Both the position numbers and the translations under genes were made by a program. Shown here one piece after another: positions 37,537 through 46,180 of a stretch of DNA of 64,000 nt. The notes beneath the pieces are model-generated. The model did not search any database. It was not told the origin of the DNA and was given only the letters and a program-made list of their open reading frames with translations. The stretch comes from Phycisphaerales bacterium (GTDB lineage: Bacteria > Planctomycetota > Phycisphaerae > Phycisphaerales > SM1A02), in NCBI GenBank assembly GCA_014238785.1, contig JABAAL010000006.1, forward strand, positions 13,329 to 77,328, written 5' to 3'. Positions within the stretch are counted from its first letter, which is position 1. Every line of letters starts with the position of its first letter.

Positions 37537-39192
37537 ATGGTAAGGGCGTACACTTTTTTCGTTGTGATAACAACACTCTCTCTGAATTGTAATGCGGTGG
37601 AACCACACTCGGTTGGCCTAGAGAACATGGCAAAAACGTTACGGGGTGATGTTCGACTTATAGCAATGGGTGATTCCTATAGCGTCCCATATTTTTCGCG
37701 CGTGCCTCTTGCTGGATTGCGGGTCTGGCCAATTCCAAACATTACAGCAATTCAATGCGGCGCTTCAACAACTTCGCATCTTTTTCGATGCACTTCAGAA
37801 TGTTCGCCAGTGGCAAACATTCAATCGAGCGACGGTCTAGGGTATACGGTTGAGAGAGAAGGAGATGAAACATTTTTTACACTTCCCAATCGCGGTTTAC
37901 GTGAAATTTATACTTCTGATACGTTCGATGATTTAGGAACCAATCAATTATTTGCGTTCAAGTGGAACTCTTCAGGCAATGCGTTTCTTTCAAATGGCGT
38001 GCATGGACCATTCACCAAATCCGGCGACAATCTTTCGTTTCGATTGTTGTACCGGTGCCCTACTTCTCTATCTCAACAAATTGGAACGGTTAACATTCTT
38101 GACAACTCTGAAGTAGTCGGGACTATGCAGCTAAGAGACCAAGCACGTCCGTACTGGCATCTTGGCGAAAATCCAAATGGCAAACCACGGGAAGCTAGAC
38201 CCATGCAAATCAATGCCGCATCTGTTGATTATTCTGCAATAAATAATCTTGAGGGGCTATTGAAAATGCATCTAGAACAAACTGAACCTCTCGCTGGAAC
38301 AAACCAGTATTTTGAACCCGCTGGATGTGTGTATTATCACACAAATTCCAAAGGCGAACGTCTGAATGGTTTTTATTACAGCTATATGGCTGATGACAGT
38401 TGGTCGTATTCTGGTTTTGGTTGCGATACAGCGGGCAGCAATACTCATGACAAAAAGTTTTCACTTGAACAATTTACCTATTGGCTTGATGTTACCACTC
38501 TTGATCGCAACCAAACGACCGTTTTTATGTGGTACTTTGCCCCAGAGCAATTAAGTTTTGAATCCTCGCACGAGTACATAACAAATATGATTACTCAAAC
38601 CGACGAAGCTGCTGCACTTATTGGTTTAAGTTCCGTTCAACATCTTATTGTCATCTCTCATTTATTCGATATGCCAGGTGGAGAAGAGCAAGCAAGGCAA
38701 TACTTCCTTCATCAACAAAATGCCGCTTATGAAATCGCATCCACGAGAGAAAATGTTTCTGCCGCCTCTATCTTTGAAGCGACTGATAAGATCTTATTTT
38801 CTGATTCCAGTGCAGCACCTTGGCTACTTGAACACGGATTGGATTTGTTTGTTTTTGGCTCAAACGAGCTGGACCTTGTAACTTTTTCAAATGGAGATTT
38901 GCTTGACGCAGCCAATGTACATCCTAAAAACGAAGAATCAGCGGCTTTTTTTACAGCGATACTTGGAAATATAATTCGAGAGGCAGGTTGCCCAGCGGAC
39001 ATAAAAGTGGACGGAATAATAGATGTACTAGATTTACTTCTTATCATCGATGGGTGGGGAACAATGGGCGCGAGCGATATCAACAACGACGGTACAACAG
39101 ATGTTATTGACATTCTCTTATTGATAGGCGAGTGGGGAGAATGCTGGCCAGTGCAAGCGCCGTTTAATTCTCCAGCTTTTCAATCTACATAA
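37537..39192 (+). CDS. Secreted protein with possible SGNH/GDSL-like N-terminal block and C-terminal dockerin-type repeat pair
   Basis: Signal peptide MVRAYTFFVVITTLSLNCNA. IAMGDSYS near the N-terminus. The C-terminus DIKVDGIIDVLDLLLIIDGWG...DINNDGTTDVIDILLLIGEWG looks like a dockerin type I duplicated Ca-binding segment. Confidence 0.65.
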   Translation: MVRAYTFFVVITTLSLNCNAVEPHSVGLENMAKTLRGDVRLIAMGDSYSVPYFSRVPLAGLRVWPIPNITAIQCGASTTSHLFRCTSECSPVANIQSSDGLGYTVEREGDETFFTLPNRGLREIYTSDTFDDLGTNQLFAFKWNSSGNAFLSNGVHGPFTKSGDNLSFRLLYRCPTSLSQQIGTVNILDNSEVVGTMQLRDQARPYWHLGENPNGKPREARPMQINAASVDYSAINNLEGLLKMHLEQTEPLAGTNQYFEPAGCVYYHTNSKGERLNGFYYSYMADDSWSYSGFGCDTAGSNTHDKKFSLEQFTYWLDVTTLDRNQTTVFMWYFAPEQLSFESSHEYITNMITQTDEAAALIGLSSVQHLIVISHLFDMPGGEEQARQYFLHQQNAAYEIASTRENVSAASIFEATDKILFSDSSAAPWLLEHGLDLFVFGSNELDLVTFSNGDLLDAANVHPKNEESAAFFTAILGNIIREAGCPADIKVDGIIDVLDLLLIIDGWGTMGASDINNDGTTDVIDILLLIGEWGECWPVQAPFNSPAFQST

Positions 39193-39232
39193 TCTACGCC
39201 GTTGGTGCGGAACGCAAAGAAACTATGTCTGA

Positions 39233-39985
39233 TTAATTCTCTGCCCATGGTCGTATATCAATTGACCATTCTTTCGGATCAGGTGTTTGGATGATAAGTA
39301 ATTTTATTTCGTCGTCGCTAAGCACGTTTAGTTTCATCTTTGTAAGCAGACTCACTCGCTTTGTTCCATCCGTTTCAATCGTACGAACGCCCATGGGCAA
39401 CCACGTCTTTGGGTTATAAAACAATTCTATTGTTTCCCATTCATCTCCAGATTTTGGAACAAGATGTAATCCGATGACATCTTCATCTAATTTTGAAAGA
39501 GGCCCATCTGAAGGCCTGCTTGTTTTTTCTACTTTAAATTGTGATAAAACAGATTCTTTTGTCTGCCCAATAGGAAGTGGTATTGGACCGCTACCAAGCT
39601 CAAACGGGTCAATGTTTTTTTCTCCGGGTGCGACAAGTTCTCGTTTAATAAACTGTTTATTAGCGTGGTCAACTTCAGCCATCCAACGACCTGAAAACAT
39701 GTAGTGTTTTAGTTTTTCTTCTCGGCGCCTGCCAATAATAAGCGTATCGAACAAGATTGCTGCTTCGCGTGTATTACCTTCGCCCTTGCGAAACAAAAGT
39801 CTACCGGTGCGTATCTCCCTGCGATCTAGAATTGGATCAGTTCGATAATATGAAACCGCTGCAGTTAATGAAGAAACCTCTGCTGTTTCAATATTGTCTA
39901 GTATTTCTTCAACAGAGAGTTCTTCGGGTGATGGGCATAGAGAAATCACTGCAATAATGAATGGAAAAACTATCTGTATCAACAT
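39233..39985 (-). CDS. Periplasmic LolA-like / outer-membrane lipoprotein-sorting-like protein (putative)
   Basis: 250 aa with an N-terminal signal helix. The beta-rich body is loosely LolA-like. The functional call is weak. Confidence 0.4.
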   Translation of the reverse strand: MLIQIVFPFIIAVISLCPSPEELSVEEILDNIETAEVSSLTAAVSYYRTDPILDRREIRTGRLLFRKGEGNTREAAILFDTLIIGRRREEKLKHYMFSGRWMAEVDHANKQFIKRELVAPGEKNIDPFELGSGPIPLPIGQTKESVLSQFKVEKTSRPSDGPLSKLDEDVIGLHLVPKSGDEWETIELFYNPKTWLPMGVRTIETDGTKRVSLLTKMKLNVLSDDEIKLLIIQTPDPKEWSIDIRPWAEN

Positions 39986-40485
39986 GTTGCCATCTCGTGC
40001 ATGAGTTCCATTAGTTTTTCCCGAGCGTCCTGCAGTTGCGCATCATGTTCTGTAATAACTAGGATGCGATTTGCTCTTTCAATATATTTTGCGCGCATTT
40101 TTGGGAGCGAATCAGTGAAGTTGTCGTATACATCTGCCAATTTGATTAACCTTCCCTGCCACGGACCATCCGCTAATTGCTTGTCATAGGAAACTTCTCG
40201 GATCGTTTCTTCAAGCCGCATATCTTTGGTCATTACTGCAACATAGTCTGCAACATTTCGGCCAAATGCTCCAAGGAGTTCGTCGTAATCAACATCACAA
40301 TCTTCGATAGTATCGTGTAGCAATGCCCCTGCCAAAACTTCGGGGTCATCAAACCCAAATACCAAGTTTGCAGTCATTGCAACTCGAAAACAGTGCGACA
40401 CATACGGACGCTTGTCATATCTCGTTTGATTTCTGTGTTTGTCGGCTGCGAATGCTGCCGCTTGCTGCCAAAGTTTTTTACTCAT
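39979..40485 (-). CDS. HD-domain (p)ppGpp hydrolase-like protein (small alarmone hydrolase type)
   Basis: AAFAADKHRNQTRYDKRPYVSHCFRVA and LLHDTIEDCD match the RelA/SpoT hydrolase HD domain. At 168 aa there is no synthetase domain. Confidence 0.75.
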   Translation of the reverse strand: MSKKLWQQAAAFAADKHRNQTRYDKRPYVSHCFRVAMTANLVFGFDDPEVLAGALLHDTIEDCDVDYDELLGAFGRNVADYVAVMTKDMRLEETIREVSYDKQLADGPWQGRLIKLADVYDNFTDSLPKMRAKYIERANRILVITEHDAQLQDAREKLMELMHEMATC

Positions 40486-40964
40486 CCGTGTGCTCCTCTT
40501 TGTACTAACGTCACAGCATGTACTTCGATTGCCCCACTGCGATTAGTTCCCTCATGGCTTTTGCCCTTGATGTTAATTGGAGCTCCAGTTAGCATTTGAA
40601 GAGAATCGCAAATTTGTGCTCGGTACTGATTGATTTTTGGCTCATCGCAAAGCACCGTAATATCGATATTGCCAATTGCCCATCCGCCAGCATTCGCCCT
40701 ATTGATTGCCTCGTTGAGAAAATCAGCAGAATCCCTATCCTTATTCTCAGATGCATTATTTGGAAAGAGGGTGCCCAAATCCGAGGATCCAATTGCAGAG
40801 AGAATTGCATCCGTAACGGCATGCATAACCGCGTCACCATCGCTATGTGCGATTGGCCCTACTTGGCAATCTAGCTCTATCCCGCCAAGTACCATCGATT
40901 TACCGCCATCTTCTTTAGTTGCGAGGCGATGAAGATCATATCCGTGTCCAACTCTTATATCCAT
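40482..40964 (-). CDS. ispF: 2-C-methyl-D-erythritol 2,4-cyclodiphosphate synthase
   Basis: IRVGHGYDLHRL, HSDGDAVMHAVTDA, GSSDLGTLFP. Confidence 0.93.
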   Translation of the reverse strand: MDIRVGHGYDLHRLATKEDGGKSMVLGGIELDCQVGPIAHSDGDAVMHAVTDAILSAIGSSDLGTLFPNNASENKDRDSADFLNEAINRANAGGWAIGNIDITVLCDEPKINQYRAQICDSLQMLTGAPINIKGKSHEGTNRSGAIEVHAVTLVQRGAHG

Positions 40965-41006
40965 AGATGTCTATTGTACTCCCCCAAAGCTATTTGCCGA
41001 TGTACC

Positions 41007-41519
41007 ATGACAACTATGCTATTAATCAAAAGTACCTTATTGCTCATTCTTGCCAGTTCGTTCACTGGTTGCCAAATGTACACACCGGGCGGCAACCCAT
41101 TTTTTAATGGCCCTGGCAGTGCTGCAACGTACCAATCAACCGAAGAATTTCCAAAAACAGTCACTATTATCGATACTCGCAGCGGCGAACGTGTTTTTGT
41201 CATGGAAATACCTGTTGGGGAAAAACTCGTCCTTGACTTTATTGAAGATTCGGGCAATAACACGGTACTCACCCCTGATTTGATGTCTTGGGAACTTTTT
41301 CCAAACGAAGTGAAATATGGTCCACTTTCAAATTCCTTGACGGTTCCAAACCGCTGGTCTAGGCGACTTGATGTCACGATGCGAGAATCATCTGAATATG
41401 CAAATCCGCGTATTGATCGGCCACTAAGCGTTGACGAAGTCAACGACCAACCTGATTGGTGGACCGCTGAGGGTGGTAAACACGACAATGCAGACCCTGT
41501 AAATGGGTACGACCCATAA
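41007..41519 (+). CDS. Lipoprotein of unknown function
   Basis: Signal and lipobox MTTMLLIKSTLLLILASSFTGC. No recognisable domain. Confidence 0.6.
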   Translation: MTTMLLIKSTLLLILASSFTGCQMYTPGGNPFFNGPGSAATYQSTEEFPKTVTIIDTRSGERVFVMEIPVGEKLVLDFIEDSGNNTVLTPDLMSWELFPNEVKYGPLSNSLTVPNRWSRRLDVTMRESSEYANPRIDRPLSVDEVNDQPDWWTAEGGKHDNADPVNGYDP

Positions 41520-41597
41520 CTACACCCTTTCCCTCCTTCTGCAACTCACTTTTTTAAAACTTTTTTGGCTGACTGCCCCCTGTAAACTCCGTGGTCC

Positions 41598-41634
41598 CAG
41601 ACCCCGTGGGGTTTGACCCCAACGGTGGTTGGGG
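41598..41634 (+). promoter_or_regulatory. Tandem, mutually exclusive hairpins overlapping the mutase translation start region
   Basis: CAGACCC-CGTG-GGGTTTG at 41598-41615 (one G-U pair) and CCCCAAC-GGTG-GTTGGGG at 41617-41634. GGGG at 41608-41611 could pair with either CCCC run. Confidence 0.3.
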
Positions 41635-43263
41635 ATGTACAATGGCGGGATGACCACGGTAGAAAAACAAGATGCAGATGCAGTATCCCTCTCAGGATAT
41701 ATTATTGATCCACTCTACAATCCTAAAAATGGTGAAATTGATCCAAATATCGGCCTTCCTGGGCAATTCCCATACACAAGGGGCGTCCACGAAACAATGT
41801 ATCGTTCGCGCCTCTGGACAATGCGGCAGTTTGCCGGCTTTGGTTCAGCAGACGATACAAATGCTCGTTTTAAATATTTATTAGAAAATGCCAAAGGTGG
41901 AAAAACGAACACAGGACTTTCCACCGCATTTGACCTCCCCACATTAATGGGTCGCGACAGCAATGACCCACTCTCAGCGGGTGAAGTTGGTCGTTGCGGT
42001 GTTGCAATCGACACCATCGATGATATGCATCGTTTGTACGCCGATATCCCAATCGGTGAAGTGACCGTCAGCCAAACCATCAACGGCCCCGCTTGCGTCA
42101 TTTGGGCGATGTACCTCGCAATGGCAAAGGAGCGAGACATCGACTGGAATACGCTCGGAGGCACGTTGCAAAATGACATACTCAAAGAATTCCACTCTCA
42201 AAATGAATTTATCTATCCGCCCGAAGCATCTGTCAAACTAGTCGTTGACACGATCGAATTTGCAACGAACAAAACGAAGCGGTGGAACAGTGTTTCCATC
42301 AGCGGGTACCACATTCGCGAAGCTGGTTCAACGGCAACGCAAGAGCTTGCCTTTACGCTTCGTGACGGTATGGAATATGTTGAAGCGTGTATAAAACGTG
42401 GACTCGATGTAGACACATTTGCCCCACGACTGTCATTCTTCTTCAATAGTCACAATGAATTCTTTGAAGAAATTTGTAAGTTGCGAGCTGCTCGTAGAAT
42501 TTGGGCACACGCAATGCGAGATAGGTTTGGAGCAAAGAACGAACGTTCATGGCTCATGCGAACACATGTGCAAACAGCTGGCTGTTCGCTCACCGAGCAA
42601 CAGCCATTAAACAACATCGTTCGCGTTGCGTACCAAGCCATGGCCGGTGTACTTGGTGGTTGTCAAAGTTTACACACCGATTCAATGGACGAAACGCTTG
42701 GACTTCCAACCGAAACTGCTGTTCGCGTTGCGCTAAGAACGCAACAGGTGCTTGCGCATGAAACCGGGGTACACCGAAGCGTTGATCCGCTTGCAGGCAG
42801 TTATTTCATTGAGTCACTCACCGATCAAATGGAATTAGACGCCAATGCAATCATTCAAGAAATTGATGATCTTGGGGGTGTTGTTTCGGGAATTCATAAA
42901 GGATATTTCCGTCGCTCAATTGCAGAAGCTTCCTACAGATTTGGACAGGAAATGGAGGCGGGCGACCGTATCATTGTTGGTGTTAATGCTTACCCAGATG
43001 GAAACGAAGATGCGCAAGTAGAACTCCTTCAAATTCCACACTCAGTTGAAACGATTCAATGCGAGCGACTCGATGACTTCCTAAAATCTCGTGATGATGA
43101 CAAAGCAATGGCTGCACTCGACACGATCAGGGAAGCTGCTCGAAATGATGAAAATGTCATGGACAGTTTGGTTGACGCATGTTTAGAACGCTGTACGCTT
43201 GGCGAAATGGTACAAGCGATGGCTGATGTATTCGGGCGATACAGCGGCGGGCCTGAGTGGTAA
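41629..43263 (+). CDS. Methylmalonyl-CoA mutase family, catalytic (TIM-barrel) subunit without B12-binding domain
   Basis: PGQFPYTRGV, WTMRQFAGFG, TGLSTAFDLPT, NGPA, SISGYHIREAG, FFFNSHNEFFEEI.KLRAARRIWA, QTAG, and a C-terminus ending ...RYSGGPEW. At about 540 aa it lacks the roughly 130-aa cobalamin-binding domain. The start may be ATG 41635 or 41650 rather than TTG 41629. Confidence 0.88.
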   Translation: MGMYNGGMTTVEKQDADAVSLSGYIIDPLYNPKNGEIDPNIGLPGQFPYTRGVHETMYRSRLWTMRQFAGFGSADDTNARFKYLLENAKGGKTNTGLSTAFDLPTLMGRDSNDPLSAGEVGRCGVAIDTIDDMHRLYADIPIGEVTVSQTINGPACVIWAMYLAMAKERDIDWNTLGGTLQNDILKEFHSQNEFIYPPEASVKLVVDTIEFATNKTKRWNSVSISGYHIREAGSTATQELAFTLRDGMEYVEACIKRGLDVDTFAPRLSFFFNSHNEFFEEICKLRAARRIWAHAMRDRFGAKNERSWLMRTHVQTAGCSLTEQQPLNNIVRVAYQAMAGVLGGCQSLHTDSMDETLGLPTETAVRVALRTQQVLAHETGVHRSVDPLAGSYFIESLTDQMELDANAIIQEIDDLGGVVSGIHKGYFRRSIAEASYRFGQEMEAGDRIIVGVNAYPDGNEDAQVELLQIPHSVETIQCERLDDFLKSRDDDKAMAALDTIREAARNDENVMDSLVDACLERCTLGEMVQAMADVFGRYSGGPEW

Positions 43264-43265
43264 AC

Positions 43266-44510
43266 ATGGCATTTCAATCACCAAAAGGTACGCGAGATTT
43301 TTTTCCCCAAGATTTAGCAGCACTTCATCATATTGAAGCAGCATGGCGAAACGCTTCTGTTAACGCAGGGTTTGACGAAATCGAAGGGCCTACATTTGAG
43401 CACCTCAACTTATACACCGTTAAAAGTGGCGATGGAATTGTAAGCGAACTTTTTAGTTTCAAGCGTGCCGGTGGCGACGTTGATTATGCATTACGCCCTG
43501 AGTTTACACCAACACTTGCGCGAATGGCTGCTGCAAAAGGGCGATCACTAACACTTCCAACAAAGTGGTTTGGTATTCCAAGCCACTTTCGAGCAGAAAG
43601 ACCGCAGCGAGGGCGCTTGCGTGAATTCAAGCAATGGAACGTTGACTTGCTCGGAGTAGACAAACCATCAGCCGATGCTGAAGTTATCGCGACCGCAATT
43701 CGTGCACTTGCAAATCTTGGTTTAACCCACGAAGATGTTGTAGTTCGTATAAGCCACCGAGATGTTGTTGTAAGCATGTTAGAGAAAAGTGGCGTAAGTA
43801 AAGAAAAAATGCAAATTGCACTCACGCTCCTTGATAAGCGAGAAAAGATGTCCCCTACCGTTTTTGAAGAAAAACTTTCTGAACACGGTCTTGAAAACTC
43901 CTCCTTTACACAATTCGACGGCGATACAGTCATTGATCACGATGAATTAACTTCGCTTCAAGAAAAACTAAGCGATTGGAACATTAGCCAGTGGTGCAAA
44001 TTCGACTTTACTATAGTCAGAGGCCTTGCTTATTACACCGGTATAGTTTTTGAAATTCACGAACGTTCTGGCGATGAACGTGCAATTGCAGGTGGTGGGC
44101 GATACGACAAACTTATTGAGATGTTTGGCGGCCCATCTATGCCCGCTGTTGGTTTTGGTATGGGCGATGTGGTGTTATCACTTGTATTAAAAGATAAAGG
44201 TTTACTCGGTGATGGATCTGAGTTTTTGCCACGACCAGATATTTTTGTCATTAGCGCAGGCGGTGATGCAAACAATCACCTCGCTCCAACTGTTGCTGAA
44301 CTTCGCCGCGCAGGATTACACACCCGTATGACCTATCGCGCAACAAGAAATGTTGGAAAACTTTTAACTGAAGCTGCAAAAACAAATACTCGTTTCGCCG
44401 TCATTCTTGGCGAGGAACTTGCAAGTGGGAACGTGGTAATCAAAGATATGGACAGTGGCGAACAAACTGAAATCGCTCTCGACGATATTGTCTCGCACGT
44501 AACGGCGTAA
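43266..44510 (+). CDS. hisS: Histidine--tRNA ligase
   Basis: PKGTRDFFP, ALRPEFT, FRAERPQRGRLREFKQ, AGGGRYD. The ATG lies 2 nt after the mutase stop. Confidence 0.93.
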   Translation: MAFQSPKGTRDFFPQDLAALHHIEAAWRNASVNAGFDEIEGPTFEHLNLYTVKSGDGIVSELFSFKRAGGDVDYALRPEFTPTLARMAAAKGRSLTLPTKWFGIPSHFRAERPQRGRLREFKQWNVDLLGVDKPSADAEVIATAIRALANLGLTHEDVVVRISHRDVVVSMLEKSGVSKEKMQIALTLLDKREKMSPTVFEEKLSEHGLENSSFTQFDGDTVIDHDELTSLQEKLSDWNISQWCKFDFTIVRGLAYYTGIVFEIHERSGDERAIAGGGRYDKLIEMFGGPSMPAVGFGMGDVVLSLVLKDKGLLGDGSEFLPRPDIFVISAGGDANNHLAPTVAELRRAGLHTRMTYRATRNVGKLLTEAAKTNTRFAVILGEELASGNVVIKDMDSGEQTEIALDDIVSHVTA

Positions 44511-44512
44511 CC

Positions 44513-45151
44513 ATGACACGTCGAATTCTAATTGTTACAGCGGTGCAAGCCGAAGCAGATGTCATCGGGACATTGCATGGAACTTTTGTTGTTGCTGGTG
44601 GTATTGGTCGAACAAACGCTGCTGCTGCTGTAACTTCTGCAATACTTTCAGATGGTCCATTCGCATGGATAATCAATGCGGGTGTCGCGGGCGCGCTTCC
44701 AAACAGTAACCTTGCTCTTGGAGACATCGTTGTTGCCAACAAGTGCGTGTACGTTGAAGAGGGACTACAAACACCTGGTGGTTTTCAAAACATAGGTGAG
44801 ATGGGCTTTTCCCTTGGTAATTTTGAGGGCAACGAGGTGCCCGTAGATTCTTGGATGCTAGACCAATTAACGAGCATCGGAACCGTTGGGTCAATTGCAA
44901 CCGTTGCAACGTGCAGCGGAACAGATGCGCAATCGGAACTTGTGCAAAACCGTACGGGCTCTATTTGCGAAGCAATGGAAGGCGCAGCGGTTGTACACGC
45001 TGCAAACAGAGTAGGTTCAGCGGCAATTGAGATTCGTGCAATTTCTAATACAACTGGAAATCGTGATTTGCAAGAATGGAATATTGAACTTGCACTTCAA
45101 AATTTAGGCAAGGGTGTTCGTGCAGCAACTACCTGCCTCTGGGGCGAGTAA
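44513..45151 (+). CDS. mqnB: Futalosine hydrolase-like nucleosidase (PNP/UDP family)
   Basis: MTRRILIVTAVQAEA, GIGRTNAAAAV and EAMEGAAV have MTA/SAH-nucleosidase-fold features. The size and N-terminus fit MqnB. Confidence 0.6.
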   Translation: MTRRILIVTAVQAEADVIGTLHGTFVVAGGIGRTNAAAAVTSAILSDGPFAWIINAGVAGALPNSNLALGDIVVANKCVYVEEGLQTPGGFQNIGEMGFSLGNFEGNEVPVDSWMLDQLTSIGTVGSIATVATCSGTDAQSELVQNRTGSICEAMEGAAVVHAANRVGSAAIEIRAISNTTGNRDLQEWNIELALQNLGKGVRAATTCLWGE

Positions 45152-45399
45152 TGGGTCAACTTTTTATCTTTAATGCAAGTCTATTTCGGATTGCATTCAA
45201 TATCTCGTTGCATGCTAGTTCTTGGACTTCATACTCAATATAAGGATAATAGTATCAAATTCTATATACACCTCCCCTCATGCATCGGCTTCATTTGGTG
45301 TGGCGAGTAAGGTGCTTGTCATTACACACTGTATGATTCTTGCTAGTACTATGCATAACATGATGGTAGAGTGTTTCCCAATAAGCAAGTGAGAACTTT

Positions 45400-45936
45400 A
45401 TGGACTGGATTTCTATAGTAATACTAGTATTTTTTGCGTTGTACGCTGCTACGTGCGTCCTTATCACGCTTGTTGGCTTACCTGGAACATGGCTCATGGT
45501 TGGTGCCGCGCTTGTCATTACGCTTTGTAATCCGCTTTGGAGCGATACGCCGATTTGGGGATGGATCACTATTGGCGTTGTGCTTGGACTTGCAGTCTGT
45601 GGTGAAATTCTAGAAACTGCCGCAGCGGGGCTTGGAGCAAAAGCAGGCGGTGGCACAAAGCGCGGTATGATTGGCGCAATTCTAGGAAGCATGATTGGAG
45701 CAGTTGTTGTTACATTGGCAATACCTATTCCACTTATTGGCACATTAATCGGTGCTGTATTTGGCGCGTTTGTTGGCGCTTTGCTGGGCGAACTCACACA
45801 TAAAGAAACTGCTCAAGTTGGCGACCTTGCAAAGTCGGCGACTGGTGCTGCGATAGGTCGCGTCTTGGGCATCCTTGGCAAATCAGGTATCGCTGCAATT
45901 TGCTTCTGCGTTTTGTTTATTGCTCCGTTTGTATAA
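45400..45936 (+). CDS. DUF456 family membrane protein
   Basis: LVGLPGTWLMV motif and Gly/Ala-rich TM helices. Confidence 0.7.
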   Translation: MDWISIVILVFFALYAATCVLITLVGLPGTWLMVGAALVITLCNPLWSDTPIWGWITIGVVLGLAVCGEILETAAAGLGAKAGGGTKRGMIGAILGSMIGAVVVTLAIPIPLIGTLIGAVFGAFVGALLGELTHKETAQVGDLAKSATGAAIGRVLGILGKSGIAAICFCVLFIAPFV

Positions 45937-46180
45937 AAACGATTTGCCATGGAGCGACGGTACGGGCGTACGTGCTGCTTTGGGGCACGGAGATGCCTGT
46001 CCCTAGCTTTCTGTAAAACGGGAAAATTCCTTCATGTAGCATAAAGATACCTTGCGCAACAATGCAATGACCCATAAAAATAGGTACCGATGAATGGCTT
46101 GTGGACAGTCCAAGTATTCTTCCATTTTTCTGCGCCTCTGTAGCCATGTTAAAAGTTTTGGAAACACTTTGTCGCGCTAC

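Noticed and set aside
41520-41628. Cobalamin riboswitch upstream of the B12-dependent mutase, prompted by CTGCCCCCTGTAAAC, which resembles part of the B12 core.
   Set aside because: The spacer is only about 110 nt. It lacks the B12 box (AGCCAGGAGACCTGCC-like) and the GGTG..AA..TCC core helices. B12 riboswitches normally control B12 supply genes, not B12-dependent enzymes.
45917-46147. 76-aa minus-strand ORF downstream of pilB.
   Set aside because: No motif, odd composition, and it overlaps the DUF456 3' end. Most likely a chance ORF in a 244-nt spacer.
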